A stretch of 64,000 nt of DNA from an uncultured Clostridia bacterium (GTDB lineage Bacteria > Bacillota > Clostridia > Oscillospirales > Acutalibacteraceae), in NCBI GenBank assembly GCA_944380845.1, contig CALWIU010000045.1:164-64163 (forward strand). The letters are read 5' to 3'. The position numbers and the translations under genes are program-made. The notes under the pieces are model-generated. The model was not told the origin of the DNA. It saw nothing but the letters and a program-made list of their open reading frames with translations, and searched no databases. Positions 1-10,363 of this stretch are shown one piece after another. Every line of letters begins with the position of its first letter. The first letter of the stretch is position 1.

Positions 1-1730
1 TCTACGGATTTCTTTTTATTGACGCCGTAAACCACGCCGAAGGAAACCACACCGACGCTCAACAGGGCAAATAAGATGATGCCCACTTTTGCGGTCGTGG
101 AAAGCGTTTCAATTTTTTCCTGCTGGGGTTGGGAGGCGCTGTCCGTCGTCGGTTCAGCAGCCGGCGCTGTGGTGATTTCCACCAGAAAAATTTCGGTCAC
201 CGGTTCACCGGCAGGATTGGTGATGGTGATGCTGGTCGTGGGCGGAATCGTCTGGGGGGTGGTGGATGCCGGCGGAAGTGTCGCGCCGCCGGTCATGACA
301 TCCTCGTTCTGGGAAGAATTGTTGTTCTGGGGCGTTTGCGCAGGCGGCGTATATTTGGTATAAAGATTTTCCGGGGTGTAGTTGATAATATCTGTACCGC
401 CGTTTTCATAATATTCCTCAATGGAGGAGAGCCTTCCGTCCGTCAACAGGCGGTCGGGAATCAGATCGACCAGCACCTGTGCGCCCAGATTGGTCAAATG
501 GGCGCCGTCTGTCGTGTAGGGAGCGTAGATGCGCGCTTTGTCCTGCGGGTCGCTGAGGGGATCTGTGCTGATGTATTCCGCACCGGAATAATAGCGCAGC
601 CAGTTGTTCACCACCGCCCGCATATCGTCGGCACGCTGTGACCAGACCAGATCGTCTTCTTCTGCGCCGTAAAAACTGCGCTGGTACCCTTTCCATGCCT
701 GTCTGCCGAAAAAGTAAATATCGATTCCCTTTTCTCTGGCCATGCTGATCAGCTGCCGGTATCCCGCAATGATTTCATCTGTGGTAGCCTGCGGAATCAG
801 TCCGTGCATGGATTTGGTCAGCGGGTGCAGAATGTCATTCAGCCCGATTTTCACAAACACGGCTTTCACGCCGGATTGATCCAGAACATCTTCTTTAAAT
901 CTTGTAACGCCGGCTTCACCATACAGGTTGCTGATATTGGTTGCGCCGGTGATATCATGTAAAAGCTGGTTGCCGATGATGGCTTCCTGCGCAACGCCGA
1001 CATTGGTGATCCCCGCCAGATACAGCTTTTCCGCCAAATAGTAAGGGGAGTTGTTGGCAAGGGTAGAGTCGCCGAACCAGACAATGCAGCTGTTGCCCTC
1101 GCCCCAGGTGTCGAGTCCACAGAGAAACGGCGTGGTATGATAGGTAATGGTGCCGGAGGTCAGGGTCAGCGGCGCGTTGCTGGAAAAGGTTTTTTCATCG
1201 ATGACATTTCCCATTTCCACATAGGAAAGGGCGTTGGTCATGCCGCCGGTCGCCATGGCGGAAAACGACTGGTAATAAACGGAAACAGAAAGCTTTTCAA
1301 AGCTCTCGGTGTGCATATCTACCGCGTCGGAATAAATCGTCTGTCCAGCCGGTATGGAAACGGAGCCGCTCCCGTTAAAGGTGACAGGAAGGGAAGTGCC
1401 GTCTATGATCTCGGTATCGCTTCTTTTGCCCGTGCGCGCAATGCGGACGGCGGCAATGTTCAGCGCGGAGGAACCATAGCGGTTGGAAAAGCGCAGCCGC
1501 AGCTTTTCACCGCCAACGGTGGTCTGAATCACGGTGCGGACGCTGGCATTGATCAAAAAATCCGTGTAGACCCTGGAATTGTAATAATATCCGGTATTGA
1601 TGGGCGCCGTGCTCCACGATGCCGCCCAGGTTTTTTCCGCCGCTTCTGCCTCCGGCGTCAGCAGTGGGAACAGCCCCAGGCAAACAACAGCGCACAGCAA
1701 GACACAAAGCGATTTTTTCAGAGATCTCAT
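1..1730 (-). CDS. SGNH/GDSL-family hydrolase (lipase/esterase-like), secreted, with hydrophobic C-terminal anchor; 3' end runs off the window
   Basis: Absent from the ORF track because it is edge-truncated. Minus-strand ATG at 1730 with GAGGAG upstream gives MRSLKKSLCVLLCAVVCLGLFPLL (signal peptide). Motifs follow: IVWFGDSTL (GDS block I), VKIGLNDI (block III), DGAHLT (block V). Then a Pro/Thr-rich linker and KVGIILFALLSVGVVSFGVVYGVNKKK near nt 1. No in-frame stop from 1730 to 1. Plus-strand ORFs 76..363, 129..641 and 1137..1877 are shadows. Confidence 0.8.
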   Translation of the reverse strand, partial: MRSLKKSLCVLLCAVVCLGLFPLLTPEAEAAEKTWAASWSTAPINTGYYYNSRVYTDFLINASVRTVIQTTVGGEKLRLRFSNRYGSSALNIAAVRIARTGKRSDTEIIDGTSLPVTFNGSGSVSIPAGQTIYSDAVDMHTESFEKLSVSVYYQSFSAMATGGMTNALSYVEMGNVIDEKTFSSNAPLTLTSGTITYHTTPFLCGLDTWGEGNSCIVWFGDSTLANNSPYYLAEKLYLAGITNVGVAQEAIIGNQLLHDITGATNISNLYGEAGVTRFKEDVLDQSGVKAVFVKIGLNDILHPLTKSMHGLIPQATTDEIIAGYRQLISMAREKGIDIYFFGRQAWKGYQRSFYGAEEDDLVWSQRADDMRAVVNNWLRYYSGAEYISTDPLSDPQDKARIYAPYTTDGAHLTNLGAQVLVDLIPDRLLTDGRLSSIEEYYENGGTDIINYTPENLYTKYTPPAQTPQNNNSSQNEDVMTGGATLPPASTTPQTIPPTTSITITNPAGEPVTEIFLVEITTAPAAEPTTDSASQPQQEKIETLSTTAKVGIILFALLSVGVVSFGVVYGVNKKKSV

Positions 1731-1983
1731 AGGAGAAAGACTCCTCTCAAAAAAAGTCAGAAAAAGAAGAAAAAAGGGGATAACCCAAAAGTACCGTCCC
1801 TTTGGACGATACGACAATATTCTAACATTATTGCAGAAAGTTGTCAATGTATCTTGCGGAATTCACAGTCTGTTTAAATATTCCAGTTTTTCTGTTTTTA
1901 TGCAAAAAAGCCCGCGGCAGCGGCCGGAACGGATGGGAACAGATGCCCGTATGCGTTCTGCGCCGTCATCGGGGGCAGCAGGG

Positions 1984-2021
1984 CAAAAAAATACGGAAAA
2001 CCCTGCCGCACAGGGTTTTCC
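1984..2021 (-). terminator. Rho-independent terminator of the small minus-strand ORF
   Basis: Stem GGAAAACCCTG / CAGGGTTTTCC (1995-2005 / 2011-2021) with a 5-nt loop. On the minus strand it is followed by GTAT + T7. Confidence 0.6.
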
Positions 2022-2108
2022 GCTTATGGTTATTAGGATCGCGGCGGGAAGCTGCCTTGGGCTTTTCCGCTCCTGTTTTCTTTTGCGTTGTTTCAGCTGC
2101 GTGGGTGG

Positions 2109-2369
2109 TTAGGCGGCGCGGTCAGGCAGCGCAGAAGGGGCTTTGACCGGCTGATAACAGCAGGCGCGGTTAAACGACTGGAGCCGCTTTGCTTTTTGCA
2201 AACGCAAAAAGCGGCGGAAGCGGCGGCGGGTGCGGCGAAGGGTCAGACGAATGGCGCGCCACGCCTTTTTTTCAAAAACAACCAGACGGTCTTGTATCAG
2301 AAACAGAAAAACGATCAGAAAGCCAAAAAGCAGTTCTGCCGCAGTGGTCAGAAGATTGGTCATGGTCAT
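2109..2369 (-). CDS. Small hypothetical membrane protein with arginine-rich C-terminal tail (86 aa)
   Basis: ATG at 2369 lies 6 nt downstream of GGAGG. Sequence MTMTNLLTTAAELLFGFLIVFLFLIQ (one TM) is followed by RLTLRRTRRRFRRFLRLQKAKR. A terminator lies downstream. No family recognised. Confidence 0.4.
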   Translation of the reverse strand: MTMTNLLTTAAELLFGFLIVFLFLIQDRLVVFEKKAWRAIRLTLRRTRRRFRRFLRLQKAKRLQSFNRACCYQPVKAPSALPDRAA

Positions 2370-2786
2370 AAGAATACCTCCCAAAAACGAACAAATGTTT
2401 TATTGCTGCTGTTATCATACCGCATTCGACAGAAAAAGTCAAGGAAATAATCGAACAAATTTTCGGATAACAAACGGGACAAAACACGAACGCTCTTTCG
2501 ATTGCTTTCATAATACAACAATATATAGTGGTTGTCAATAGTTGTTATACAATATCTTTGATTTTACAGGAAAATCGGAAATACAGCAGGGTGTGCGTTT
2601 TTTCGACACCTCACAAACACGCGCTGTTTTTCGGCTGTCTTTTGGGCGGCGGTATGCGGAAGGCGGATAAAAAATTTCCTGCTTGCTTGAAAAAGGTATT
2701 TATATTTTTTCTATTATGTGGTAAAATACAGTATCATGCGGTTCTCTACCCGTAACGGGGCGGCCGCGGCAGGACGAGGATGTTTT

Positions 2787-4067
2787 ATGTTTGTAGATAA
2801 AGTAACAATTTCGCTTCACGCCGGCAACGGCGGCGACGGCGCAGTGACTTTCCGCCGGGAAAAATATGTTGCGGCGGGCGGTCCGGACGGCGGCGACGGC
2901 GGCAAAGGCGGCAATATCGTGTTTGAAGCGGACAGCAATCTGTCTACCCTGGCAGATTTCCGCTATAAAAGAAAGTATAAAGCGGAAAACGGGATGCCCG
3001 GCAGGGGCAGATGCTGTAACGGTAAAAAAGGCGCCGACCTTCTGATTCGGGTGCCCCGGGGAACGGTGATCCGGGAAGCACAGTCCGGCCGGGTGATGGC
3101 GGATATGTCCACGGATGAGCGTTTTGTTGCTGCCAAAGGCGGCAGGGGCGGCTGGGGCAATACCCATTTCGCTTCCTCTACCCGGCAGGCGCCGCGCTTT
3201 GCCAAAAGCGGCGTGCCCGGTGAATCGCTGGATGTGGTGCTGGAACTGAAACTGCTGGCGGATGTGGGACTTTTGGGTTTTCCCAATGTGGGAAAATCGT
3301 CTCTGATCTCTGTGGTCAGCGACGCCAAGCCCATCATTGCCGATTATCATTTCACCACCCTGACGCCGGTGCTGGGCGTGGTGCGCATGGGGCCGGAAAG
3401 CAGCTTTGTGATGGCGGATATCCCGGGACTGATCGAGGGCGCCGGGGAAGGCGTCGGGCTGGGTCATGAGTTTCTGCGCCATGTGGAGCGCTGCCGGCTG
3501 TTGATCCATGTCGTGGATGTTTCCGGAAGCGAAGGACGGGACCCCATCGAGGATTTTGAAACGATCAATCATGAGCTTGCGGTGTTTAACCCGGAGCTGA
3601 GCGCCTGTCCGCAGATCGTCGCAGCGAACAAGATCGATCTTGCGACAGAGGAACAGACAGCGCGCTTCCGGCATTTTATCGAAGAAGAAAAGAAACTGCC
3701 TTATTTTGAAATCATCGCCCCCATTGCCGAGGGCACGAAGGCGCTGATTAACTATACGGCGGCAAGGCTCGCGGAACTGCCGCCGGTGAAAATTTATGAA
3801 AAAGAGGAGATCCCCGAGCAGTATCTGATTTCCCATCAGGGCAGAGGCAATGCGTTTTCCGTTACCGAGGAAAACGGCGTATACTATGTCACGGGGGAAT
3901 GGCTGGTTACGATTCTGAACAAAACCGATCCGGACGATTACGAGTCGTTGCAGTATTTTCAGCGGGTGCTGCGCAAAAGCGGCATCATCGATGCCCTGAC
4001 GGAGAAAGGCATTCAGGAAGGCGACACGGTGGATATTTACGGATTGGAGTTTGAGTATGTGCCATGA
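2787..4067 (+). CDS. obg: GTPase Obg/CgtA
   Basis: MFVDKVTISLHAGNGGDGAVTFRREKYV... is the Obg fold. G motifs GFPNVGKSSL and DIPGLIEGA are present, plus a C-terminal OCT-like domain. Start re-set to ATG 2787 (GAGGA 6 nt upstream); the track start 2718 is an over-extension. Confidence 0.95.
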   Translation: MFVDKVTISLHAGNGGDGAVTFRREKYVAAGGPDGGDGGKGGNIVFEADSNLSTLADFRYKRKYKAENGMPGRGRCCNGKKGADLLIRVPRGTVIREAQSGRVMADMSTDERFVAAKGGRGGWGNTHFASSTRQAPRFAKSGVPGESLDVVLELKLLADVGLLGFPNVGKSSLISVVSDAKPIIADYHFTTLTPVLGVVRMGPESSFVMADIPGLIEGAGEGVGLGHEFLRHVERCRLLIHVVDVSGSEGRDPIEDFETINHELAVFNPELSACPQIVAANKIDLATEEQTARFRHFIEEEKKLPYFEIIAPIAEGTKALINYTAARLAELPPVKIYEKEEIPEQYLISHQGRGNAFSVTEENGVYYVTGEWLVTILNKTDPDDYESLQYFQRVLRKSGIIDALTEKGIQEGDTVDIYGLEFEYVP

Positions 4068-4482
4068 GGATGCGGCGTTTGCCGGTTTGATGGCGGGCGG
4101 CGTGCCGCTCAGCGAAAAAGAGGCGGCGCAGCTTGGCGTTCATGTGCTGGCATTTTTGGGCGACAGCGTGTTTTCGACGCTGACGAGGGAATATGCCGTT
4201 TTGCATATCCGGGGAAAGGCGGATGATATGCACCGCTTTTCGGTCGGTACGGTCAATGCTTCGGCGCAGGCAGGTTCTTTTTTGAAAATACGGGAAATGC
4301 TGACCGACGCGGAAGAGTCGGTATACCGCCGCGCGCGCAACGCCCGGTCTACCCATACGCCGAAAAATATGAGCGAAGGGGCGTATCACAGCGCCACCGG
4401 CGTGGAGGCTCTTTTCGGCTACCTGTACATAAGCGGGCAGTTCGCCCGGATGTATGAACTGTATTTCGCGATGGTTCAGTGA
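4057..4482 (+). CDS. mrnC: Mini-ribonuclease 3 (Mini-III)
   Basis: LAFLGDSVFS..., RRARNARSTHTPKN and ATGVEALFGYLY match the Mini-III signature seen in B. subtilis MrnC. Overlaps the obg stop. Confidence 0.8.
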   Translation: MCHEDAAFAGLMAGGVPLSEKEAAQLGVHVLAFLGDSVFSTLTREYAVLHIRGKADDMHRFSVGTVNASAQAGSFLKIREMLTDAEESVYRRARNARSTHTPKNMSEGAYHSATGVEALFGYLYISGQFARMYELYFAMVQ

Positions 4483-4515
4483 ACGCTTGACGGTTTTGGG
4501 AAAGGCGGCAGATGA

Positions 4516-5415
4516 ATGTCAGAAAAAAGAAAAAAGCCGATCCGAACAGGTTCCGGTGATTATTCGGCGAAAATGTTTGTTTTGGATGCACTGTCCTTTA
4601 CCGTGGGCAGCGCGGCAATCGCCCTGTCGGTCAATATGTTTACCGCGCCCAACCAGATCGCGCCCGGCGGCGCGACCGGTCTGGCAACGGTTATCAATTA
4701 TCTGAGCGGGTTCCCCATCGGTGTGACGATCCTGCTTTTGAATTTGCCGTTGTTTGCCGTGGCGTGGAAGGTGTTCGGCGGAAAATTTCTGCTGCGCACA
4801 GCGGTTATGACGGTGATGAGCTCGGTATTTATCGATGTGGCGGCGTCCTTCATCACGCCCTATTCCGGTGACAAACTGCTGGCGGCGCTGTTCGGCGGCG
4901 TCCTGTCCGGCGTGGGATACGGGCTTGCTTTTGTGCGCGGCGCGACTTCGGGCGGCACGGATATCATCAGCGTGCTGATCAAACGCCGGTACCCGCATAT
5001 CCCGGTCGGTACGCTGGTCATGATCCTGGATATGGTGATTGTTGTCCTGTCCGGGTTTGTCTATAAAAATATCGAAAGTATGCTTTACGCCGTGATTGTT
5101 TTCTTTGTCTCCGGCAGGGTCGTTAATTATCTGACCTACGGCGCAGGCAACGGAAAAATGATTTTGGCTGTCAGCAACAACGGGGCTGAAATTGCCGAAA
5201 AGGTGGTTTCCGAAACCCGGCGCGGCGTAACGGTGATCCCCGTGCAGGGGGCTTATACCGGCGAAAGCAAAAAGATGCTGGTTTCGGTGGTGCGTCCCGC
5301 CGAGGTGCATAAGATTTATTCGATTATCCGCCGCTGCGACAGAGATGCTTTTGTCATCATTGCCCGGGCGGACGAAATCCTCGGGCTTGGCTTTAAGCGG
5401 GACGACACGGTATAA
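4516..5415 (+). CDS. YitT-family membrane protein (DUF2179 C-terminal domain)
   Basis: Multi-TM N-terminus with PGGATG and SGGTDI motifs, plus a C-terminal soluble domain (VTVIPVQGAYTGE...VVRPAEV...), typical of the YitT/UPF0750 family. Confidence 0.85.
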   Translation: MSEKRKKPIRTGSGDYSAKMFVLDALSFTVGSAAIALSVNMFTAPNQIAPGGATGLATVINYLSGFPIGVTILLLNLPLFAVAWKVFGGKFLLRTAVMTVMSSVFIDVAASFITPYSGDKLLAALFGGVLSGVGYGLAFVRGATSGGTDIISVLIKRRYPHIPVGTLVMILDMVIVVLSGFVYKNIESMLYAVIVFFVSGRVVNYLTYGAGNGKMILAVSNNGAEIAEKVVSETRRGVTVIPVQGAYTGESKKMLVSVVRPAEVHKIYSIIRRCDRDAFVIIARADEILGLGFKRDDTV

Positions 5416-5439
5416 TAGAAAAGGAAAGAACAGAAGTCT

Positions 5440-7254
5440 ATGAAAGAACGAAAGGAAAACATTCGTAATTTTTCCATCATTGCTCATATCGACCACGGCA
5501 AGTCCACTCTGGCGGATCGGCTTTTGGAGCTGACCGATTCGGTGGATGAGCGGGATATGAAACAGCAGCTTTTGGATGATATGGATCTGGAGCGCGAGAG
5601 GGGCATTACCATCAAAGCGCACGCTGTGACCTTACAGTATGCTGCCGACGACGGAAAAACCTATACGCTGAACCTGATCGACACCCCCGGTCATGTGGAC
5701 TTTAATTATGAAGTATCCCGTTCGCTTGCCGCGTGCGAGGGCGCGGTGCTGATCGTTGACGCTACGCAGGGAATCGAGGCGCAGACCATCGCCAATACGT
5801 ATCTGGCGCTGGATCACAATCTGGAACTGGTTCCCGTTATCAATAAGATCGATCTGCCGGCTGCCGATCCGCAGCGGGTCGTCGACGAGGTCGAAGAGGT
5901 CATCGGGCTGGATTGTTCGGAAGCGCCGCGTGTATCCGCAAAAACCGGTGAAAATGTCCGTGCGGTGCTTGAACGCATTGTCCGGGATATCCCCGCCCCG
6001 GAAGGGGACGACGACGCGCCGCTCCGCGCGCTGGTCTTTGACTCGGTGTATGACAGCTATAAAGGCGTCATTGTTTATGTGCGGATCATGGACGGTAAGA
6101 TCAAACCCGGAGACACCATGCGAATGATGGCGACGGGCGCAGAATTTACCGTGGTGGAAACCGGGCATATGCGCGCGACCAGCCATGAGAGCTGCGGCGG
6201 ACTGGTTTCCGGTGAAGTGGGGTATATCACCGCTTCCATCAAAACGGTCCGCGACGCCAAGGTCGGCGACACGGTGACCTTGGCGGACAATCCCGCGGAA
6301 CAGCCTCTGGAAGGCTACCGCAAGGTGAACCCCATGGTCTTTTGCGGCATTTACCCCGCCGATGGCGCGGATTATGAAAATTTGAAGGAAGCGCTGGAAA
6401 AATTACAGCTCAACGATGCGGCGCTTTCCTATGAAGCGGAAACTTCCGGCGCGCTGGGGTTTGGTTTCCGGTGCGGCTTTTTGGGGCTTTTGCATTTGGA
6501 GATCGTGCAGGAGCGTTTGGAGCGGGAATACAACCTGGATCTGGTTACAACGATTCCCAGCGTTATTTATAAAATCCATCTGCGGGACGGCACCATGAAG
6601 CAAATCGCCAACCCCACCGAATATCCCGATCCTGCGGTCATTGATTACTGTGAAGAGCCGATTGCCGACGCGCATATTTTTTCGCCGCCGGATTATGTCG
6701 GCGCGATCATGGATCTTTGTCAGGAGCGGCGCGGCGTGTTTAAAAATATGGATTATCTGGCGAAAGACCGGGTAGACATTCACTATGAACTGCCGCTGAA
6801 TGAGATTATTTACGACTTTTTTGACGCGCTGAAATCCCGCACGCGCGGCTATGCCTCTTTTGACTATGAGCTGAAGGGATACGCCCGTTCGCAGCTTGTC
6901 AAGCTGGATGTTTTGCTGAATGGGGATATGGTGGACGCCATGTCCTTTATCATCCATGCCGATAAAGCGTACGGCAGGGCGCGTAAAATCGCCGAAAAGC
7001 TCAAGGACAACATTCCCCGGCAGATGTTTGAAATCCCGATTCAAATCGCCATCGGCGGCAAGGTCATTGCCCGTGAAACCGTCAAAGCGCTTCGGAAAGA
7101 TGTTTTGGCGAAGTGCTACGGCGGCGATATCACCCGGAAAAAGAAGCTGCTGGAAAAACAGAAGGAAGGCAAAAAACGGATGCGCTCCTTCGGCACGGTG
7201 GAGGTGCCGCAGGAAGCGTTCATGGCGGTGCTGAAGCTGGACGACGATAAATAA
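5440..7254 (+). CDS. lepA: Elongation factor 4 (LepA)
   Basis: [29 protein letters not shown] and NKIDLP, with the LepA-specific C-terminal domain; 604 aa. Confidence 0.97.
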   Translation: MKERKENIRNFSIIAHIDHGKSTLADRLLELTDSVDERDMKQQLLDDMDLERERGITIKAHAVTLQYAADDGKTYTLNLIDTPGHVDFNYEVSRSLAACEGAVLIVDATQGIEAQTIANTYLALDHNLELVPVINKIDLPAADPQRVVDEVEEVIGLDCSEAPRVSAKTGENVRAVLERIVRDIPAPEGDDDAPLRALVFDSVYDSYKGVIVYVRIMDGKIKPGDTMRMMATGAEFTVVETGHMRATSHESCGGLVSGEVGYITASIKTVRDAKVGDTVTLADNPAEQPLEGYRKVNPMVFCGIYPADGADYENLKEALEKLQLNDAALSYEAETSGALGFGFRCGFLGLLHLEIVQERLEREYNLDLVTTIPSVIYKIHLRDGTMKQIANPTEYPDPAVIDYCEEPIADAHIFSPPDYVGAIMDLCQERRGVFKNMDYLAKDRVDIHYELPLNEIIYDFFDALKSRTRGYASFDYELKGYARSQLVKLDVLLNGDMVDAMSFIIHADKAYGRARKIAEKLKDNIPRQMFEIPIQIAIGGKVIARETVKALRKDVLAKCYGGDITRKKKLLEKQKEGKKRMRSFGTVEVPQEAFMAVLKLDDDK

Positions 7255-7297
7255 GAAAAGGGCAAATCCCTGCTACATAGAAAGGATTGATTTCCTC

Positions 7298-8803
7298 ATG
7301 CAGAAAATACCGGTCATTATTCTTCCCGGCATCGGGCAGTCCCGGGTGCAGGTCGTTGATGAAAACGGACAGGCGGTGCGTGACGCATGGCCTCTTTCCG
7401 TGGAGGCGGAGCAGGTCCTCGGACCGCTGAAAGGACCGCTGATGAAAATGATGCTGTTCCGGCGGGACGGCGGCTTTTCCGACGCGGCGGCGCGGGTCAT
7501 TTCCTCTCTGGTCGATGACCTGACTTCTTTGCCGGACGGCACCAGCAAATATCCGCTGAAGGCGCAGCGCTGGGAATTTCCGGTTTCGGAATATGATGAA
7601 AAACAAAAAAACTATCTGGACAGAATGGTTCCCTGCCGCTTTTTGATCGACGCGATCGGTGCGGAAAACATTTTTTTCTTTGCCTATCATTCTTTTGGCG
7701 ACGCTTATGCCATTGCGGATGAACTGGACGGGTACATACAGGCTGTGAAGGCGCGCACCGGCAGCGAAAAGGTGCATCTGATGCCGGTCAGCCTGGGCGG
7801 CGTTCTGGCGCTGGCGTATCTGGATCGTTATTGTGAAAAAGGCGATGTGGATCGGGTCATCAGCGTGGCGGCGGTTTGGGGCGGCACGCATTTGACTGCC
7901 GATATCATGGAGGCGAATTTTGACTGGTCCGACCCGAAACGGACCTTGAAGGCGCTGGGAAAAAACACCGAAGAGACTTTTTCGGGGATCATCGATATGC
8001 TGCCCGGCGGCGTAGCGGAAACGACTTTGACCAAATGCGCCGAAGCGCTTTCCGAAGCGATTGCGGTCAACTCGACCATGATGTGGGGCACCGTGCCGAG
8101 AGATCGTTACCTTTTGCTGCGGCAAAAGTACCTTTTGGACGGTAAGCACGATAAAATTTTAGCGGACGCCGACCGGCTGCACCGCCTCCATGTGGAAAAT
8201 CAGGAATTCGCCGACCGGCTGAAACAGGCCGGCGTGGAAATGTTCCTGCTCTGCGGATACGGCAAGCGGCTGTTTGCGCTCTGCGGCAGCGGGGATGTGC
8301 TCAGCGACGGCATTGTGGATACGGCTTCCGCTTCGCTGGGGGCAAAATGCGCGCCTGTCGGTCAGACCTTTGCTGTTGAAAACCGGCCGACGCTGTCCCC
8401 CGACGGTATGGTGGACGCCGCTTCCTGCCTGTATCCCGACAGCACCTGGTTTTTTGCGGGACAGGGGCACGATGCGTTTGCGGGCAACGATGTCGCCTTG
8501 CGCCTTTGCGCCCGGATCGCGTCCGATCCGGCTTTTTCCGGCGTTGACAGCGACCCGGCGTTCCCCCGTTTTAACGGCTCCAGAGATTTGCGTAAGCTGG
8601 AAAAAACGGAACTGCCGCGGCTGAAAGAGCTGGCGGAATCGGAACTGACCGATCAGCAGAAGGCAGAGCGTCAGGCGCTTTTGCAGGCGTATGACGAGCT
8701 TTGCCGCAAAACCCTTTTGACCGGCAATGGGGAAACGGACGCGCTGCAAAAGCGGATGGCGTCGTTTTTGGCGGGGCTTTCGGCAGGCAATCCGGAAGCG
8801 TAA
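7298..8803 (+). CDS. Alpha/beta-hydrolase, lipase/LCAT-like, no signal peptide
   Basis: N-terminal IPVIILPGIGQS (LCAT/lipase-type oxyanion region). Nucleophile elbow HLMPVSLGG. Candidate acid SDGIVDTAS and His GQGHDAF. Paralogue of 17189..19120. The family name is tentative. Confidence 0.6.
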   Translation: MQKIPVIILPGIGQSRVQVVDENGQAVRDAWPLSVEAEQVLGPLKGPLMKMMLFRRDGGFSDAAARVISSLVDDLTSLPDGTSKYPLKAQRWEFPVSEYDEKQKNYLDRMVPCRFLIDAIGAENIFFFAYHSFGDAYAIADELDGYIQAVKARTGSEKVHLMPVSLGGVLALAYLDRYCEKGDVDRVISVAAVWGGTHLTADIMEANFDWSDPKRTLKALGKNTEETFSGIIDMLPGGVAETTLTKCAEALSEAIAVNSTMMWGTVPRDRYLLLRQKYLLDGKHDKILADADRLHRLHVENQEFADRLKQAGVEMFLLCGYGKRLFALCGSGDVLSDGIVDTASASLGAKCAPVGQTFAVENRPTLSPDGMVDAASCLYPDSTWFFAGQGHDAFAGNDVALRLCARIASDPAFSGVDSDPAFPRFNGSRDLRKLEKTELPRLKELAESELTDQQKAERQALLQAYDELCRKTLLTGNGETDALQKRMASFLAGLSAGNPEA

Positions 8804-8826
8804 AGCGAAAGGAGAGAAGATTTGTT

Positions 8827-9540
8827 ATGCCTGAAAGCATCGTAACGATCAGGAATGTCAGCAAGTCCTATGGAAAGCATCTGGTGCTGGACGATATTTC
8901 TTTTGATGTGCCGGCGGGGAAGATCGTCGGTCTGCTCGGCGCAAACGGCTGCGGCAAAACGACGCTGATGAAAATCATTACCGGGCTGATCCATGATTAT
9001 TCCGGCGAGGTTTTGATTGCCGGTCACCGCCCCGGTGTGTATTCCAAAGCGAGGGTCGCTTTTTTATCGGATCGCAGTTATCTGGCGGAATGGTTCAAGA
9101 CCGAGGACGCCATTGATTATTTTGATGATTTTTTTGAGGATTTCGATCGTCCGAAAGCGATGGAGCTGACCAAACGCTTCGGGCTGGATCTGAAACAGCG
9201 GGTCAAAACCATGTCCAAAGGTATGCAGGAAAAAGTCCGGCTTCTGCTTGTCATGTCCCGCCGGGCGGAGCTGTATGTGATGGACGAGCCGCTGGGCGGC
9301 GTGGATCCTGCCGCCCGAAGCGTGATTTTGGATATCATCATGAAAAACTACGCTGATAATTCAACGCTGCTGTTATCGACCCATCAGGTGCACGACCTGG
9401 AGCAGTCCTTTAATCATATTATCATTCTGGGGCACGGAAAGGTGCTTTTGAGCAGCGATATCTATGATATCCGTATGCAGGGACTGAGCGTAGAGGAAAA
9501 ATACAGGGAGGTGTACGGCAATGCTTGGGAAGTTGATTAA
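8827..9540 (+). CDS. ABC transporter ATP-binding protein
   Basis: Walker A GANGCGKTT, signature MSKGMQEKV, Walker B LYVMDEPLGGVD, H-loop STHQ. Start re-set to ATG 8827 (GGAGAG upstream). Confidence 0.9.
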   Translation: MPESIVTIRNVSKSYGKHLVLDDISFDVPAGKIVGLLGANGCGKTTLMKIITGLIHDYSGEVLIAGHRPGVYSKARVAFLSDRSYLAEWFKTEDAIDYFDDFFEDFDRPKAMELTKRFGLDLKQRVKTMSKGMQEKVRLLLVMSRRAELYVMDEPLGGVDPAARSVILDIIMKNYADNSTLLLSTHQVHDLEQSFNHIIILGHGKVLLSSDIYDIRMQGLSVEEKYREVYGNAWEVD

Positions 9541-10345
9541 AAACGATATGAAATCCATGGCGCGGGGCGTTTCCAATATTTATATTGCGGCGTTTATCGC
9601 CGTCGGCGTGATGGGGATTTGCCTGTTTTTTGATGTCGGCGTCGGCAAGTTCGTCTCTTCGCTGGTGCTTCTGGCGATCAGCATTGCCGCCATTGTTGTT
9701 ACCATTATGGCAACGATGGGAGAATTCCGCAAATCGATGTTCGGCGACCGGGGGTACCTGACCCAAACGCTGCCGGTCAAAGCGCCGACGCTGCTGTTTT
9801 CCAAATGGCTGACCTGCGCTTTCTGGATCACCGTCAGCTACGCCGTGGTTTTCCTTTGCCTGTGGCTGATTTATTATTACTGGAACGGCGAAAGCTCGAC
9901 ACAGGCGCTGACCTATATTTTGCAGTCCCTTCCGGATGTCGGTCTGCCGGCGCAGGACATTCTGGTCAAAACCGTTTTGCTGATTTCGTTAAAGATCCTG
10001 CTTTTGCTGTGGATCTTTATTCTGGAAGTCTTTTTCGTGATGACGCTTGCCAATGTCCGTCCCTTTGACGCGGTGGGCAGCGCCGGTCCGGTGATTTACT
10101 TTTTTGTGGTTTTCGGTCTGGTGACCTTCTGCTCGTCCCGGCTGGAACGGGTCTTTAAATCCGCACTGCTGATCCATGCCGACGGGGCTGTCACACTGAC
10201 GGCCGATGAAGCGCTGATCGATTCGGTTCGCTTTGCCGGCGGGGCTTCGGTGACCCTGACGCAGATTTATTTTCAGATCGTTGTCGCGGTTCTGCTGTTT
10301 ATCATTACGGCTGAGCTGCTGGAAAAAAAGGTGAATGTTAAATAA
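9521..10345 (+). CDS. Polytopic membrane protein, putative ABC-2-type permease partner
   Basis: Overlaps the ATPase gene by 20 nt, suggesting translational coupling. About 6 hydrophobic segments. No motif recognised beyond topology. Confidence 0.55.
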   Translation: MLGKLIKNDMKSMARGVSNIYIAAFIAVGVMGICLFFDVGVGKFVSSLVLLAISIAAIVVTIMATMGEFRKSMFGDRGYLTQTLPVKAPTLLFSKWLTCAFWITVSYAVVFLCLWLIYYYWNGESSTQALTYILQSLPDVGLPAQDILVKTVLLISLKILLLLWIFILEVFFVMTLANVRPFDAVGSAGPVIYFFVVFGLVTFCSSRLERVFKSALLIHADGAVTLTADEALIDSVRFAGGASVTLTQIYFQIVVAVLLFIITAELLEKKVNVK

Positions 10346-10363
10346 GAAAAGAGGTGCGGCGGT

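Noticed and set aside
2718-2786. Track-predicted N-terminal extensions: obg 2718, ABC 8701, dapF 20833, mcsB 46370, clpC 47653, lipase 17144 and others
   Set aside because: The extensions begin at non-ATG codons without an RBS and add non-homologous residues before conserved N-termini. Internal ATGs have good Shine-Dalgarno spacing.
2700-5622. Long minus-strand ORFs 2700..3836 and 4519..5622
   Set aside because: They are shadows of obg and of yitT/lepA in a GC-rich genome. They have His/Arg/Gly-rich composition and are opposite to unambiguous conserved genes.
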